Shown piece after piece: positions 49,814-59,856 of a stretch of DNA of 64,000 nt. The notes beneath the pieces are model-generated. The model saw only the letters and a program-made list of their open reading frames with translations. It had not been told where the DNA came from and did no database searches. A program made the translations under genes and the position numbers. Location of the stretch: sequence record SRR2962707_526; one strand, written 5' to 3'. Position 1 is the first letter of the stretch; each line of letters opens with the position of its first letter.

Positions 49814-50548
49814 TTATTGCTGAGCAGTAGGGATCAAGTTGCCAATGTGTAGGCCACATTCTTTGTGCTCAGATTCTTCCCACCACCAACGACCTTCGCG
49901 TTCATGCTGGTTAGGCAGCACAGCACGGGTACAAGGTTCGCAACCAATGCTGACAAAGCCTTTTGAATGCAATTCATTGTATGGCACATCAAACATCTTA
50001 ATGTAGTTCCAGACGTCTTCAGAAGACCAGTTCGCCAATGGGTTGAATTTATACAGTGTTTTCTCATCGGAGCTAAACGCTGAGTCGACTTCTGCAAATG
50101 CCAATACATTTCGAGTGCCTGGGCTTTGATCTTTACGTTGGCCTGTGATCCATGCATCCAACGTCGCAAGTTTGCGTTTTAATGGCTGAACTTTACGAAT
50201 GCCGCAGCACTCTTTATGGCCGTCTTCAAAAAAGCTAAATAAGCCTTTTTCACGAGTGAAGTTTTCAAGCGCTTCGTTATTTGGGGACAGAATGTCGATT
50301 TCAATATTGTAGTGTTTGCGAACTTGGTCAATGAAACGGTATGTTTCTGCGTGCAAACGGCCAGTATCTAGGGAGAAAACTTTCACATTCTTATTGGCTT
50401 TGACGGCCATATCAATCAATACAACATCTTCTGCGCCACTGAATGAAATGGCGATGTTGTCGAATTCTTTCATGGCGTTATGAATGATTTTTTGCGCTTC
50501 GTCTTCAACGTTATTAGCAACGAAAGACGTTAAGTCGAAAGTAGACAT
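49814..50548 (-). CDS. cysH: Thioredoxin-dependent APS/PAPS reductase, Fe-S (APS) type
   Basis: [29 protein letters not shown] and KECGLH. Confidence 0.93.
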   Translation of the reverse strand: MSTFDLTSFVANNVEDEAQKIIHNAMKEFDNIAISFSGAEDVVLIDMAVKANKNVKVFSLDTGRLHAETYRFIDQVRKHYNIEIDILSPNNEALENFTREKGLFSFFEDGHKECCGIRKVQPLKRKLATLDAWITGQRKDQSPGTRNVLAFAEVDSAFSSDEKTLYKFNPLANWSSEDVWNYIKMFDVPYNELHSKGFVSIGCEPCTRAVLPNQHEREGRWWWEESEHKECGLHIGNLIPTAQQ

Positions 50549-50643
50549 AGTCTGTTTTACCACTATCTAAATTTATGTTGGCTGTACCATAACAATTTGC
50601 GCCAGCGATGCAAAAGACGAAAGCACACTAACCTTATAATGGC

Positions 50644-51294
50644 TTAGCGTATATGGTTGGATAGGGTCTGATAAAGGCCGTACAAAATGCCCGCTGTGAC
50701 GCCCCAAATGCGAATTCCCTGGTAGTTTATTTCAAAATACCCTCGTGCAACCGTCCCCAATTGTTTGGTCTTAAACTGGTAGTTACCGGGGTCTAATAAA
50801 TAATCTAAGGGCACCCAATGGACCGATTTTACCTCATCTTCACACAAGCTCATTTCGCTAAAGCGGGTCATTTCAGCAATGATGGGTTTGATGCAATAAC
50901 CAGAAATTGTACAGTATTCGCCGAGCTCACCAATCAGATCAAAACAGTCTGGCGCCAAGCCGACTTCCTCAAGCGTTTCTCTTAACGCCGTGTATTGAAT
51001 ACTGGCATCGTCGGGGTCATGTTTACCACCTGGGAACGATATTTGCCCTGGGTGATTGCGCATGTGTAAGGCACGCTTGGTCACCAGCACATTGAGTTGA
51101 TCGTCTTCGGGTGAACGCCAAATAGGAATCAATACCGCCGCAGAGCGGTATTTTAATTTGTAGGCGCTAGGAGACAGGTCTTTATCTGGGTTGTAAATAG
51201 GGTGTACTTCTTGTGTCGTGTCTAGCGCAGCGCGTATCTCATCTAAGTTGGTTGAGATAGGAGGAGCGTTTAAAAACTGCACAATGTCGGACAT
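50644..51294 (-). CDS. nudL: Nudix CoA pyrophosphatase (NudL-like)
   Basis: SAAVL, TKRA..R.HPGQISFPGG, TALRET.EEVG and IWGVTA. Confidence 0.85.
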   Translation of the reverse strand: MSDIVQFLNAPPISTNLDEIRAALDTTQEVHPIYNPDKDLSPSAYKLKYRSAAVLIPIWRSPEDDQLNVLVTKRALHMRNHPGQISFPGGKHDPDDASIQYTALRETLEEVGLAPDCFDLIGELGEYCTISGYCIKPIIAEMTRFSEMSLCEDEVKSVHWVPLDYLLDPGNYQFKTKQLGTVARGYFEINYQGIRIWGVTAGILYGLYQTLSNHIR

Positions 51295-51302
51295 ACTACG
51301 GC

Positions 51303-52757
51303 CTATTTTAAAAAATCATGTTCAAGAGTATGAGTTAATTTACCTACTTTGGTAAAGGTTTCTTGGTACTCTTCTTGATATTTAGAGTCAGCAACGAGCC
51401 CACCGCCAGCCCAACAATGGATGCGCCCACGGTCTGCAACCAAGGTCCTAATGGTGATGCTGGAATCCATTTGACCGTTAACGCTGAAGTAGGCAATGGA
51501 GCCGCAATAAACAGAGCGCTCGTGAGGTTCTAACTCGTCAATAATTTCCATAGAACGAATCTTGGGCGCGCCTGTGATTGAGCCGCCTGGGAAACTTTCA
51601 TGGAACACGCGAATGGATTGATCCAACCCTTCAATTCTTCCTTCCACGGTCGACACCAGATGGTGAACGTTGGCGTAGCTTTCTAAGGCAAATAATTTGG
51701 GCACTTTAATGCTGCCAGTAAGGCAGGTGCGACCCAGATCGTTGCGTAATAGATCAACAATCATCAGGTTTTCGGCGCGGTCTTTCTCGGAGGCCAGTAA
51801 GGTGTCTGCGTTGGCTTTGTCTTCTGCTGGTGTCTTGCCGCGGGCAATGGTGCCTTTAATCGGTTTGGATTCGACGCGTCCTTGTTCACACAGCAAAAAA
51901 CGTTCCGGTGAGTGGCTTAAGATGGCTTGTTGTTCACCCAGCTCCATAAACGCTGAGAAGGGCGTTGGGCAAACTTCTCGTAAGCGCAGGTAGGCGTCCA
52001 TGGGGTCGCCAGCATAATGGCTGGAAAAACGCTGGGCCAGATTTACCTGATAGCAATCTCCAGAAAGAATGTAGTCTTTCACCGTGTCAAATTTGGTTTT
52101 GTATTCAAGCGCCGTCATATTAGAAACAAAGGGCGTTTTTAACACAAAACGCGGGCGACTTTGCGGTTCAATAGGGTCGCTGTTGAGCGCTGCAGGCGGG
52201 TTGAGAGACAGCGCCTTATTGATCTGCGTAAGCAGACTTTTTTCTTCTTGAATTGAACACCAAGGCGTAATAATAAGCTCGGTTGTGCTGCTGGTATGGG
52301 AGGAAACAATGCTCCAACCATAGAGGCCAACACTGAGTTGATCCAAGCTGATGTCGTGCAGCACGTTATCGGGCAGCGTTTCGACATAATGGCCGCATTC
52401 GTAGCCATAATAGCCCAGTAGACCGCCGGTAAAAGGCAGATCTTTGGGGGCATTTTTCGCCCATGGCTCTTGCGTGCTGAGCGTCAGCAATTGCTCAAGT
52501 GTCGACAAAGGGGAATCGCTGTCGGTTAACGTATAAAGCGGTGTGTCAGCTTGGTCGTCACGCCACTCAATATGGTGGGCACCTTGTTTGGCATAGATTC
52601 GCGCCAGTGGGTTTGCCACCAAGATATCAAACTTAGTGTCAGGGAAGGCGTGGTGATTGCTGTCCAATAAAGCGGGATAAGGCAGCGCCCGTAGGGCTTG
52701 GTATAGAGAAAGTAAAGAAGCCTGATAGGGCAGTGTTATCCGTTTTATTTCTGGCAT
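51303..52757 (-). CDS. pabB: Aminodeoxychorismate synthase component I
   Basis: GDCYQVNLAQRF, SPERFL, KPIKGT, KDRAENLMIVDLLRND and SFPGGSITGAPK. Confidence 0.94.
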   Translation of the reverse strand: MPEIKRITLPYQASLLSLYQALRALPYPALLDSNHHAFPDTKFDILVANPLARIYAKQGAHHIEWRDDQADTPLYTLTDSDSPLSTLEQLLTLSTQEPWAKNAPKDLPFTGGLLGYYGYECGHYVETLPDNVLHDISLDQLSVGLYGWSIVSSHTSSTTELIITPWCSIQEEKSLLTQINKALSLNPPAALNSDPIEPQSRPRFVLKTPFVSNMTALEYKTKFDTVKDYILSGDCYQVNLAQRFSSHYAGDPMDAYLRLREVCPTPFSAFMELGEQQAILSHSPERFLLCEQGRVESKPIKGTIARGKTPAEDKANADTLLASEKDRAENLMIVDLLRNDLGRTCLTGSIKVPKLFALESYANVHHLVSTVEGRIEGLDQSIRVFHESFPGGSITGAPKIRSMEIIDELEPHERSVYCGSIAYFSVNGQMDSSITIRTLVADRGRIHCWAGGGLVADSKYQEEYQETFTKVGKLTHTLEHDFLK

Positions 52758-52826
52758 AATGGAACCACGATTTCAAAAGTTTACAATTGTAGTCCTTTAA
52801 TAAGGGCGACCACAGGGTTATTACAA

Positions 52827-53693
52827 GTGTCTGACGTACATTTTCTTAGTTTATTTAACAGTCGTATTGCCTATCGCCTTTATGAAAATAAAGACGCCAC
52901 CACAGATCGCCACTGCTTATTGCTTCATGGCGCAGGTGTGGCGGGCGAAATTACCTACTCGCCGATACTTCCTTATTTCACAAATTGGCGTTGGATGCTG
53001 GTGCCTGACATCAAGGGCATGGGGGAATCGTTTCATCTGCATGGCAAAGAAGCCCCTGTCACCATCAGTGAGTTAACTCATGATATAGAAGCCTTGTTGG
53101 CGCATCTTAATTGGCAGGATTTTGATGTGGTGGGGTATTCATTAGGCGGCTTAATTGCGTTGAACCTAAACCATCGCCGAGTGATCTCAGGACATTTGCC
53201 AGTCAAAATGGCGTTGATGGAGCCCGCCTCCTTGGATCGAGAAGATTTGAATGCGCTGAGTGAAGTGCGCAAAAAGTACCGTCAAGCTTCGAGCATCATT
53301 CGTGAAACCGGTGATGTTGAGCAAGGGGTCGCGCACTTTATGGACGGCGTTTCGCCAAATCGGCGTAAGCATCCGGTGGCTGAGGCAACCACGCAATCGC
53401 GGTTGGCGCATCGCCCCCATGGTTTTTCTTATGCCTTAGACGCGGTCACCAATCATGTGGATGTGTTAGCGCAAGCGCCGGAGCACAGAGACGCCATGAT
53501 TCGCTCTGCGAAAGAGGTGTTTTTGTTTTCTGGAGAGCTCAGCAGTGAGCAATTAAGAGAGCATTATCAAAAGCTGAGTGAGCAGTTTCCTGGCTGGCAA
53601 CATAAGGTGATGAGCGCGTGCGATCATTCATTGCCGTTCCAAAAACCAAGACAAATTGCGAATCATATTAATCGATGGTTTGCTTTGAACTAG
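52827..53693 (+). CDS. Alpha/beta hydrolase
   Basis: LLHGAG, PDIKGMGES, GYSLGG nucleophile elbow and C-terminal DHS. Confidence 0.85.
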   Translation: MSDVHFLSLFNSRIAYRLYENKDATTDRHCLLLHGAGVAGEITYSPILPYFTNWRWMLVPDIKGMGESFHLHGKEAPVTISELTHDIEALLAHLNWQDFDVVGYSLGGLIALNLNHRRVISGHLPVKMALMEPASLDREDLNALSEVRKKYRQASSIIRETGDVEQGVAHFMDGVSPNRRKHPVAEATTQSRLAHRPHGFSYALDAVTNHVDVLAQAPEHRDAMIRSAKEVFLFSGELSSEQLREHYQKLSEQFPGWQHKVMSACDHSLPFQKPRQIANHINRWFALN

Positions 53694-53726
53694 ATTTTTC
53701 GCCTGAGGTGGACTGTAATAAGAACA

Positions 53727-53835
53727 CAGGAAGCAAGACTGAGTAAGCAGCAAAACACTAAGGATGGTGTGATCTTGTTGCCTGCGTAGTCGTGGCTTTC
53801 TGAATGTATAAAGGCTAGAAACAAGGAGGTTTCTA
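53727..53835 (+). promoter_or_regulatory. Putative CsrA/RsmA-binding leader of the minor-pilin operon
   Basis: CAGGAAG, plus hairpins ACACT-AAGGAT-GGTGT and TAGAAAC-AAGGAG-GTTTCTA (RBS in the loop). Confidence 0.65.
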
Positions 53836-54344
53836 TGCAAAACAAACAAGGCTTTTCACTGCTTGAAGTGATGTGTGTACTCGCTATTTTGAGTTTGCTT
53901 GCGGTTATCGGCTCTGGGTTTATTATCCAGAACGCGCAAAGAAATGAAGACAAAGCGGTATTACTAGACGATGTTAAAAATCTGAGCAATGCCCTGCAAG
54001 AGGCGCGTTTATTGGCCATACAGTCAGGCGATAGCAGCTATGTCTGTGGTGGTGCAGATTGCAGGGGGAACTGGTCGGACGGCTTTGTCGTGATGCAGAC
54101 AGAGCAATTTGGTGGCCTGTATCGCCGGGTTGTCTTTGATCATGAAGTCAATATTGCTTGGCAAGGTTTTCCCGCCAATAAATCTCGCATAACGTTTCTG
54201 CCTACGGGCTTATCCAGCTACCAAAATGGCACCTTTCTTTTCTGTTACCTCGATTGGCACACCCGCTTGGTTATTAATCAAAGCGGTCGTTTTTATGCCT
54301 CAGATATTGTGGATGTGAGTGACAGTGATGGGGCCTGCTTATGA
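53835..54344 (+). CDS. FimT/GspH-like minor pilin
   Basis: Class III signal KQG|FSLLEVM, AR..AI, W..G, ITF.PTG...NGTF..C and INQSGR. Confidence 0.88.
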   Translation: MQNKQGFSLLEVMCVLAILSLLAVIGSGFIIQNAQRNEDKAVLLDDVKNLSNALQEARLLAIQSGDSSYVCGGADCRGNWSDGFVVMQTEQFGGLYRRVVFDHEVNIAWQGFPANKSRITFLPTGLSSYQNGTFLFCYLDWHTRLVINQSGRFYASDIVDVSDSDGACL

Positions 54345-54700
54345 GTCGCGGTTCTCTTTCGTTGCGCTCTTCCAGCGGTGGTTGGATCACTTTGGAGGTC
54401 ATGTTGGCTTTGGTATTGCTGTCGGTGGTGATGCTTGTGCTAGAGCGTCAATCTGCAAGGCAATGGCAAACGCTGCAACAAGGAGAGCAAGTCCGTCAGC
54501 TGCGTGACAATGCCGCAAAGCAAGCCTTAATGGTGCAGCTTACGGGTTCTGAGGCTTGGTTAGACTCTGTCTACTCTTCTCGGCAGGGGCGTTATCCGGT
54601 CTGTGAGCCGTGCACAGGCGTAGAGTTTTCAACCTGGTTTGGCGCCACCCAGCACAGGGTTTCTGCCAAGGTGCAAGCGTTGGTGCCAGCGGATGAATGA
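54341..54700 (+). CDS. PilV-like minor pilin
   Basis: GG|WITLEVMLAL prepilin-like N-terminus; overlaps the previous stop (ATGA). Confidence 0.7.
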   Translation: MSRGSLSLRSSSGGWITLEVMLALVLLSVVMLVLERQSARQWQTLQQGEQVRQLRDNAAKQALMVQLTGSEAWLDSVYSSRQGRYPVCEPCTGVEFSTWFGATQHRVSAKVQALVPADE

Positions 54701-55604
54701 GCAGCGCAAACCCCTTCCACAATCAAGGTTAGCTGGCAGTATCTTGCTAGAGTTAATGCTGGTGTGTGCGCTGTTAGCAATCCTTTTGCCTTTGCTCGTG
54801 TCTCCTTTTTGGCAACTCCAAAAACGCCATTCTCTTATCCTGACGTATCTTGACCAAGCCAAATACCAAACGGCATTGGGGGCGCAATTCACCGCCCATT
54901 GGGCGCGATTGTTGCCCGCAGGGTGTTACCTTGATAGCACACTAAGCCTCACCATAGGGTCAGCTCAAAATGTGCCTGTGCGTTTATCTCAGCGCTCAAT
55001 GTCGAGTCAATCGGATTGGCTAGAGGGGATGGATTACGGCGCGTGCCGAGTGTCATTAGACTCCATTCAAGCGCCTCTTATCACCAGCAATGATTGTGAC
55101 TTAAACGTCGGTGAGTTAGTGCGTGTTGCAAGTTGTGAAGCCAGTGTGCAAGCGCAAGTGACGCAGGCGACGGATCTTGCGGTGCGATTTGATTTATTGG
55201 GCAACTCAGTGCTTGAGCAAACGGGAATACTCGAAACCAGAATGCCATTTTATTGGTATGTGGGGGAAGGCAAAAACGGTCAGCAAGCGTTGTGGCGTAC
55301 GCCGACAGTAAGTGGCAATTCATTAGAGCTTTGGTCGGGGGTGATGGCTTTATCAGTGTCGCCCTTGCTGGATGAGGATCAGGATGGCTTGGTGGACACC
55401 ATCGACTCTCGTTATGGGAGCTATTCGTTGAGCAAGGTACGAGCCTTGTGGGTGGAATACCTCTATGAGTTAGAGCCATGCCAGGCGGCGACACAGATTC
55501 CGTTGGCTCAGCAATATCAGACGTTACGCGGTGAGCGCTGGAAATACCTAGCGCCTTGTCAGGGCGTGGCTAATCAAATCATTGTGCTTAATGGATTTGG
55601 CTGA
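54693..55604 (+). CDS. PilW-like minor pilin
   Basis: AG|SILLELML prepilin motif, YWYVG...LWR...EL..GV and D.D.DG loop. Confidence 0.72.
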   Translation: MNEQRKPLPQSRLAGSILLELMLVCALLAILLPLLVSPFWQLQKRHSLILTYLDQAKYQTALGAQFTAHWARLLPAGCYLDSTLSLTIGSAQNVPVRLSQRSMSSQSDWLEGMDYGACRVSLDSIQAPLITSNDCDLNVGELVRVASCEASVQAQVTQATDLAVRFDLLGNSVLEQTGILETRMPFYWYVGEGKNGQQALWRTPTVSGNSLELWSGVMALSVSPLLDEDQDGLVDTIDSRYGSYSLSKVRALWVEYLYELEPCQAATQIPLAQQYQTLRGERWKYLAPCQGVANQIIVLNGFG

Positions 55605-56048
55605 ATGGCGATGACAAAACACAGGTCTTTACAGGGTTGGGTTTCCCTGCCTATTTTGGTGTTATTGATCACAGTCGCTGGGTTGTCATTGGCTTATCAG
55701 CAGCGCTTAGAAGCGCATTTTGTGTTTCGTTCGACGCTTGATTCGCTCACCAAAAGCACGCAGTTGTGGCAGGCTTTTGAGGGATCACAGGTCGCATCGG
55801 TTGATTTTTCATTGGCGACAGAAAGTCTGTGCCAAGGATTTTGCCCATTAACGTCCAATGCCTACATGGCCAACGCGAATGTCTGGCGTCATGGCGAAGA
55901 TGCTCTGATGTATCAGTGGCGTTATTACAGCCATGATGAAAATCGGCGTTTTTATCGCTTGTGCGCACGCCACCAGCAGCAAAATTATTGCTGGTGGTGG
56001 CAAGAACACAGACTCATCAGTCGAGGTTTTGTTAATACCACCAACTAG
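55605..56048 (+). CDS. PilX-like minor pilin
   Basis: QG|WVSLPILVLL without Glu5, as is typical of PilX/GspK-type subunits; last gene of the operon. Confidence 0.6.
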   Translation: MAMTKHRSLQGWVSLPILVLLITVAGLSLAYQQRLEAHFVFRSTLDSLTKSTQLWQAFEGSQVASVDFSLATESLCQGFCPLTSNAYMANANVWRHGEDALMYQWRYYSHDENRRFYRLCARHQQQNYCWWWQEHRLISRGFVNTTN

Positions 56049-56080
56049 AAGGTCATCAGCAGTAGGCGCTCTTTAATAAC

Positions 56081-56344
56081 TTAAGACGACGTTTTGTGGA
56101 ACGCTTGCAAATGCTCTTTGCTGCAAAAAGCATTGGCATCTTGGTCATGAATCGCATGGGACTTTGGCACATGGGTTTTGCATTGTTCACAGCGAACCAT
56201 GCTTTCTTGGTTTTCCTGCTTCGTGGTATTAGCAGGAGAATCAGGCTTATTTGATAGCTTCGCGCGTTGAAAAGCGAGCACTTGGCGGTATAACCACCAG
56301 CCAATTGCGAAAATAGCAATAAAAACGATCAATCGGACGATCAT
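56081..56344 (-). CDS. PP0621-family small membrane-anchored Cys-finger protein
   Basis: N-terminal TM helix and MVRCEQC.THVP...A.......FCS.EH. Confidence 0.8.
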   Translation of the reverse strand: MIVRLIVFIAIFAIGWWLYRQVLAFQRAKLSNKPDSPANTTKQENQESMVRCEQCKTHVPKSHAIHDQDANAFCSKEHLQAFHKTSS

Positions 56345-56416
56345 ATACTTTACCTAGGTTGGGTAATTCCAGACAATAAAGGCATATTCTAACAGAGTTA
56401 ACGAGATAGCAACTGT

Positions 56417-58054
56417 ATGACATTACGAGTAGCAATGGCCCAGCTGGATATGCTGGTCGGCGACATAGCAAAAAACACACAATCTGTGATCGATTCGGCA
56501 CACAAAGCCCGCGATAACGAACAAGCGGATGTGATTGTTTTCCCTGAGTTAACCTTAACAGGCTATCCACCAGAAGACTTATTGCTGCGTCCCAGTTTAG
56601 ACCCTCGCATCGAATCTGCTCTGCAACGCATTCTAGATGAGGTTCATGACATTTATGTTGTCGTGGGTTACCCAAGACGCATTGATGGTGAATTATTTAA
56701 CTGCGCAGGGGTTATCTATCAAGGCGCCATGTTGGCGGAATACGCTAAGCAAAAACTGCCCAACTTTTTGGTGTTTGATGATAAGCGTTATTTCAGCGAA
56801 GGCCGTGAAGCGGGCATTCTTGATATTAAAGGCGTGAAAGTCGGATTAAGTATTTGTGAAGATATTTGGCACCCAGAGCCGATTGCTCAAGCAAAGGCGG
56901 CTGGCGCAGAATTGATTCTTAATCTGAACGCATCGCCTTACCACATTGAAAAAATGGGCGAGCGTGAAGCGTTATTACACCAACGCGCCACTGCAGTCAG
57001 CTTGCCGATTGTCTATGTGAATTACATGGGCGCGCAAGATGAGTTGGTGTATGAGGGTGGCTCTTTTGTGGTGAACGCAAAAGGCGAAAAAGTATCACAA
57101 GCCCCTTGGTTTGAATCGGGTTTATATTGTGTCGACTTCATTGTTGATGAGACCCAACCTAACAAGGTTGAGCCTGTCGCTGGCCCGATTGCGCCCGCGT
57201 TAGATGTTGAAGCCAGTGTGTATCAAGCCATGGTGTTGGGCTTGCGTGATTACATTGAAAAGAACCGTTTTAAAGGCATAGTGTTGGGCTTGAGTGGCGG
57301 CATTGATTCTGCGTTGTCATTGGCCGTTGCGGTGGATGCGATTGGTGCAGACCGTGTTCAAGCGGTCATGATGCCATACACCTACACCTCGTCTATCAGC
57401 TTGCATGACGCAGAAGAAGAAGCAAGGCTATTAGGCGTGAAATACAGTGTATTGCCGATCGAACCTATGGTGTCTGCGTTTAGTGATGTGTTGGCGCCAG
57501 AATTTGAAGGGCTTGGAAAAGACACGACGGAAGAGAATTTACAGGCACGTACGCGCGGTGTGGTGCTCATGGCCATATCGAATAAGAAAGGCTTGATGGT
57601 GTTAACCACAGGAAACAAGAGCGAGATGGCGGTTGGCTATGCGACCTTATATGGTGACATGGTGGGTGGTTATTCTGTTTTGAAAGACGTGTTTAAAACC
57701 CTGGTATTTAAGCTGTGTCGTTACCGTAATACTCTGGGCTATGTTATTCCTGAGCGTGTTATTACTCGTCCGCCGTCTGCGGAATTAGCACCGGATCAAA
57801 AGGATGAAGATTCTCTACCAAGCTACGATGTGTTGGATGAGATCTTGCGCATGTACATCGAACAAGACTTAAGCGCTGAAGCGATCTTGGCGACCAATCA
57901 ATTTGATCGTGATACTGTGTATCGGGTGCTGCGATTGGTGGATGTTAACGAGTATAAACGCCGTCAAGCGCCGACAGGGGTTCGAGTAACAGGGCGTGGC
58001 TTTGGTCGCGATCGTCGTTACCCGATTACCAACGGTTGGCACATTGGCGAGTAA
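56417..58054 (+). CDS. nadE: Glutamine-dependent NAD+ synthetase
   Basis: Nitrilase domain FPEL...K..LPN...ICEDIW; GLSGGIDS, ENLQAR, TGNKSE and PSAEL. Confidence 0.96.
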   Translation: MTLRVAMAQLDMLVGDIAKNTQSVIDSAHKARDNEQADVIVFPELTLTGYPPEDLLLRPSLDPRIESALQRILDEVHDIYVVVGYPRRIDGELFNCAGVIYQGAMLAEYAKQKLPNFLVFDDKRYFSEGREAGILDIKGVKVGLSICEDIWHPEPIAQAKAAGAELILNLNASPYHIEKMGEREALLHQRATAVSLPIVYVNYMGAQDELVYEGGSFVVNAKGEKVSQAPWFESGLYCVDFIVDETQPNKVEPVAGPIAPALDVEASVYQAMVLGLRDYIEKNRFKGIVLGLSGGIDSALSLAVAVDAIGADRVQAVMMPYTYTSSISLHDAEEEARLLGVKYSVLPIEPMVSAFSDVLAPEFEGLGKDTTEENLQARTRGVVLMAISNKKGLMVLTTGNKSEMAVGYATLYGDMVGGYSVLKDVFKTLVFKLCRYRNTLGYVIPERVITRPPSAELAPDQKDEDSLPSYDVLDEILRMYIEQDLSAEAILATNQFDRDTVYRVLRLVDVNEYKRRQAPTGVRVTGRGFGRDRRYPITNGWHIGE

Positions 58055-58081
58055 TGTTACGCGATGAGCGTTGTTTCGCAT

Positions 58082-58112
58082 AAAAAATGGCCGCGTATTG
58101 CGGCCATTTTTT
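58082..58112. terminator. Bidirectional intrinsic terminator
   Basis: AAAAAATGGCCGC-gtatt-GCGGCCATTTTTT. Confidence 0.88.
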
Positions 58113-58162
58113 TGCGTTGCATTTTTGAGTAAATAAACACGCTATAGCGCTAACTCACTGTG

Positions 58163-59242
58163 CTATTTTTTGTCGCTTTCGAAAGTCACGCGAGGAGAGT
58201 CTGCTAACGTTTGGCTGCTGGAGTTGACCAATTTGCCTGCTTTGTTTTCGATAAAGAACACTTCTAAGTTCTCTTTTTTGGCAATGTTAGCGCCTTCTTT
58301 TTGACCAAGACACAACATGGTGGTTGCCCACGCATCGCTGACTCTTGGGTCGGTGCCAAAGACAGAAGCCGACACCAAATCGTGGGCGACAGGCTGCCCT
58401 GTATTGGGGTTAAGAATGTGTGAGTATTCTTTGCCATTATCATCAAAATAGTGGTGATACGTGCCTGAAGTGTCTAGAGAAACGCCACTTTCATCATTGA
58501 TGGTGACTATTTGGTAAGGGGTCGGATTGCCATTGTCTGAGACCGGACGCTCAACCGCGACACGCCATTTATCGCCGTTTGGCTTGTGCCCTTTGATTTT
58601 CATGTCGCCGCCAAACTCAACCAAATAGTTGTTCACGCCTTTGGCTTCTAAGACCTGGCTCAGCTTGCTGATGGTATAGCCTTCGCCCATAGAGGAGAAA
58701 TCGATTTGCAAGGCTGGGATGGTTTTACGAATGCGTTTGCCGGTGTCGTCGACTTCCAGCTTGTCCATACCAAGATCCGCTTTGGCGGCGGCTAATTCTT
58801 GTTGGCTTGGCACATGGAGCGATTCTTTTTTGAAGCCCCATAAATCAAATAAGGGGCCTATGGTTGGGTCGTAACAACCGCCAGATTTTTGGTTGATGTC
58901 TTTGGCGATATGGATCAGCGCGATAAAATCGTCTGAAGCGGCTTGCCATGCGGTAGAGCTGCTGTGATTGAACTCTGAAATGTAAGAGTCATTACGCCAA
59001 GTAGACAGCTCTTTGTCGATTTGCGCTAGCGTATTGTTAAAGCTCGTTTTAACGTCGGCCACTGGCACCGACGAATCGGACCAAAAACTGATATGGTAAG
59101 TGGTGCCTTGAGCGTACCCTTCGACTTTTTCGATCTTAGGTGGTTGACTGCAGCCGCTTAGCATTAACGCCGTAGCCAGTGACAAGGCGCCAACGCGTAA
59201 CGCTGCGGGAAGAGAAATTCGTGACTTGGTTGCCGTTAGCAT
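58163..59242 (-). CDS. apbE: FAD:protein FMN transferase lipoprotein
   Basis: Lipobox LSGC, GTTY, DPTIGPL..LWGF, TSG.Y, YSHI.NP.TG.P and DAWAT. Confidence 0.9.
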   Translation of the reverse strand: MLTATKSRISLPAALRVGALSLATALMLSGCSQPPKIEKVEGYAQGTTYHISFWSDSSVPVADVKTSFNNTLAQIDKELSTWRNDSYISEFNHSSSTAWQAASDDFIALIHIAKDINQKSGGCYDPTIGPLFDLWGFKKESLHVPSQQELAAAKADLGMDKLEVDDTGKRIRKTIPALQIDFSSMGEGYTISKLSQVLEAKGVNNYLVEFGGDMKIKGHKPNGDKWRVAVERPVSDNGNPTPYQIVTINDESGVSLDTSGTYHHYFDDNGKEYSHILNPNTGQPVAHDLVSASVFGTDPRVSDAWATTMLCLGQKEGANIAKKENLEVFFIENKAGKLVNSSSQTLADSPRVTFESDKK

Positions 59243-59364
59243 GAAATGAAATGTCCATTCAAAATTAAATCTGCGGGCAGTTTACCAATAGCCTCAAGCT
59301 AACTCCACTTTGGCGAGTCTTTTTGTGTTTTTATCCCTATCATAATGCACTAATTAAGCCATTA

Positions 59365-59856
59365 TCATGAACGTCCGAGCATGCGAGTTAATATTCTGTC
59401 TTTAAGGACGTAATGGTGAAAGAGGGCGGCCGCGGCGTGTAAAAGCACAATAATCATCATGGCGTTTATAGTAACAACATGGACATACCCTAGTTGATCT
59501 AGGTTGAAATACCAGGCGAGGGCGCCCAAAGCAGGAACAAGCAACATGAGCAAATACAACAGCTTGTGCGAGTAGCGTGATAGCGTGTCTAGCCATGCGT
59601 TGCCTGTGCTTATTTTCTCAGGCTGTTTGCTGATAACGCGGACAATAATTCGAGCCACAACCAAGGCCAAAATACTAAGGCCTACATAAATATGGAAGTT
59701 TTCTACCCAGTTTGTTGGGCTGTTACTGTCCTTTTGGTGAGCATCAAAATAACTCGGCATATGATCACTAATGAAATAATTAGCGACGATTAAGGTGGCA
59801 ATAAGCCAGTGCAGTATTATTTGTAATGGGTTGTAGGATGGTATTGTCTTTGACAT
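59365..59856 (-). CDS. Cytochrome b561
   Basis: LHWL, FHIY.G, SHKLLY, VH and HAAAALFHH...D..L.RM; 4 TM helices. Confidence 0.88.
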   Translation of the reverse strand: MSKTIPSYNPLQIILHWLIATLIVANYFISDHMPSYFDAHQKDSNSPTNWVENFHIYVGLSILALVVARIIVRVISKQPEKISTGNAWLDTLSRYSHKLLYLLMLLVPALGALAWYFNLDQLGYVHVVTINAMMIIVLLHAAAALFHHYVLKDRILTRMLGRS

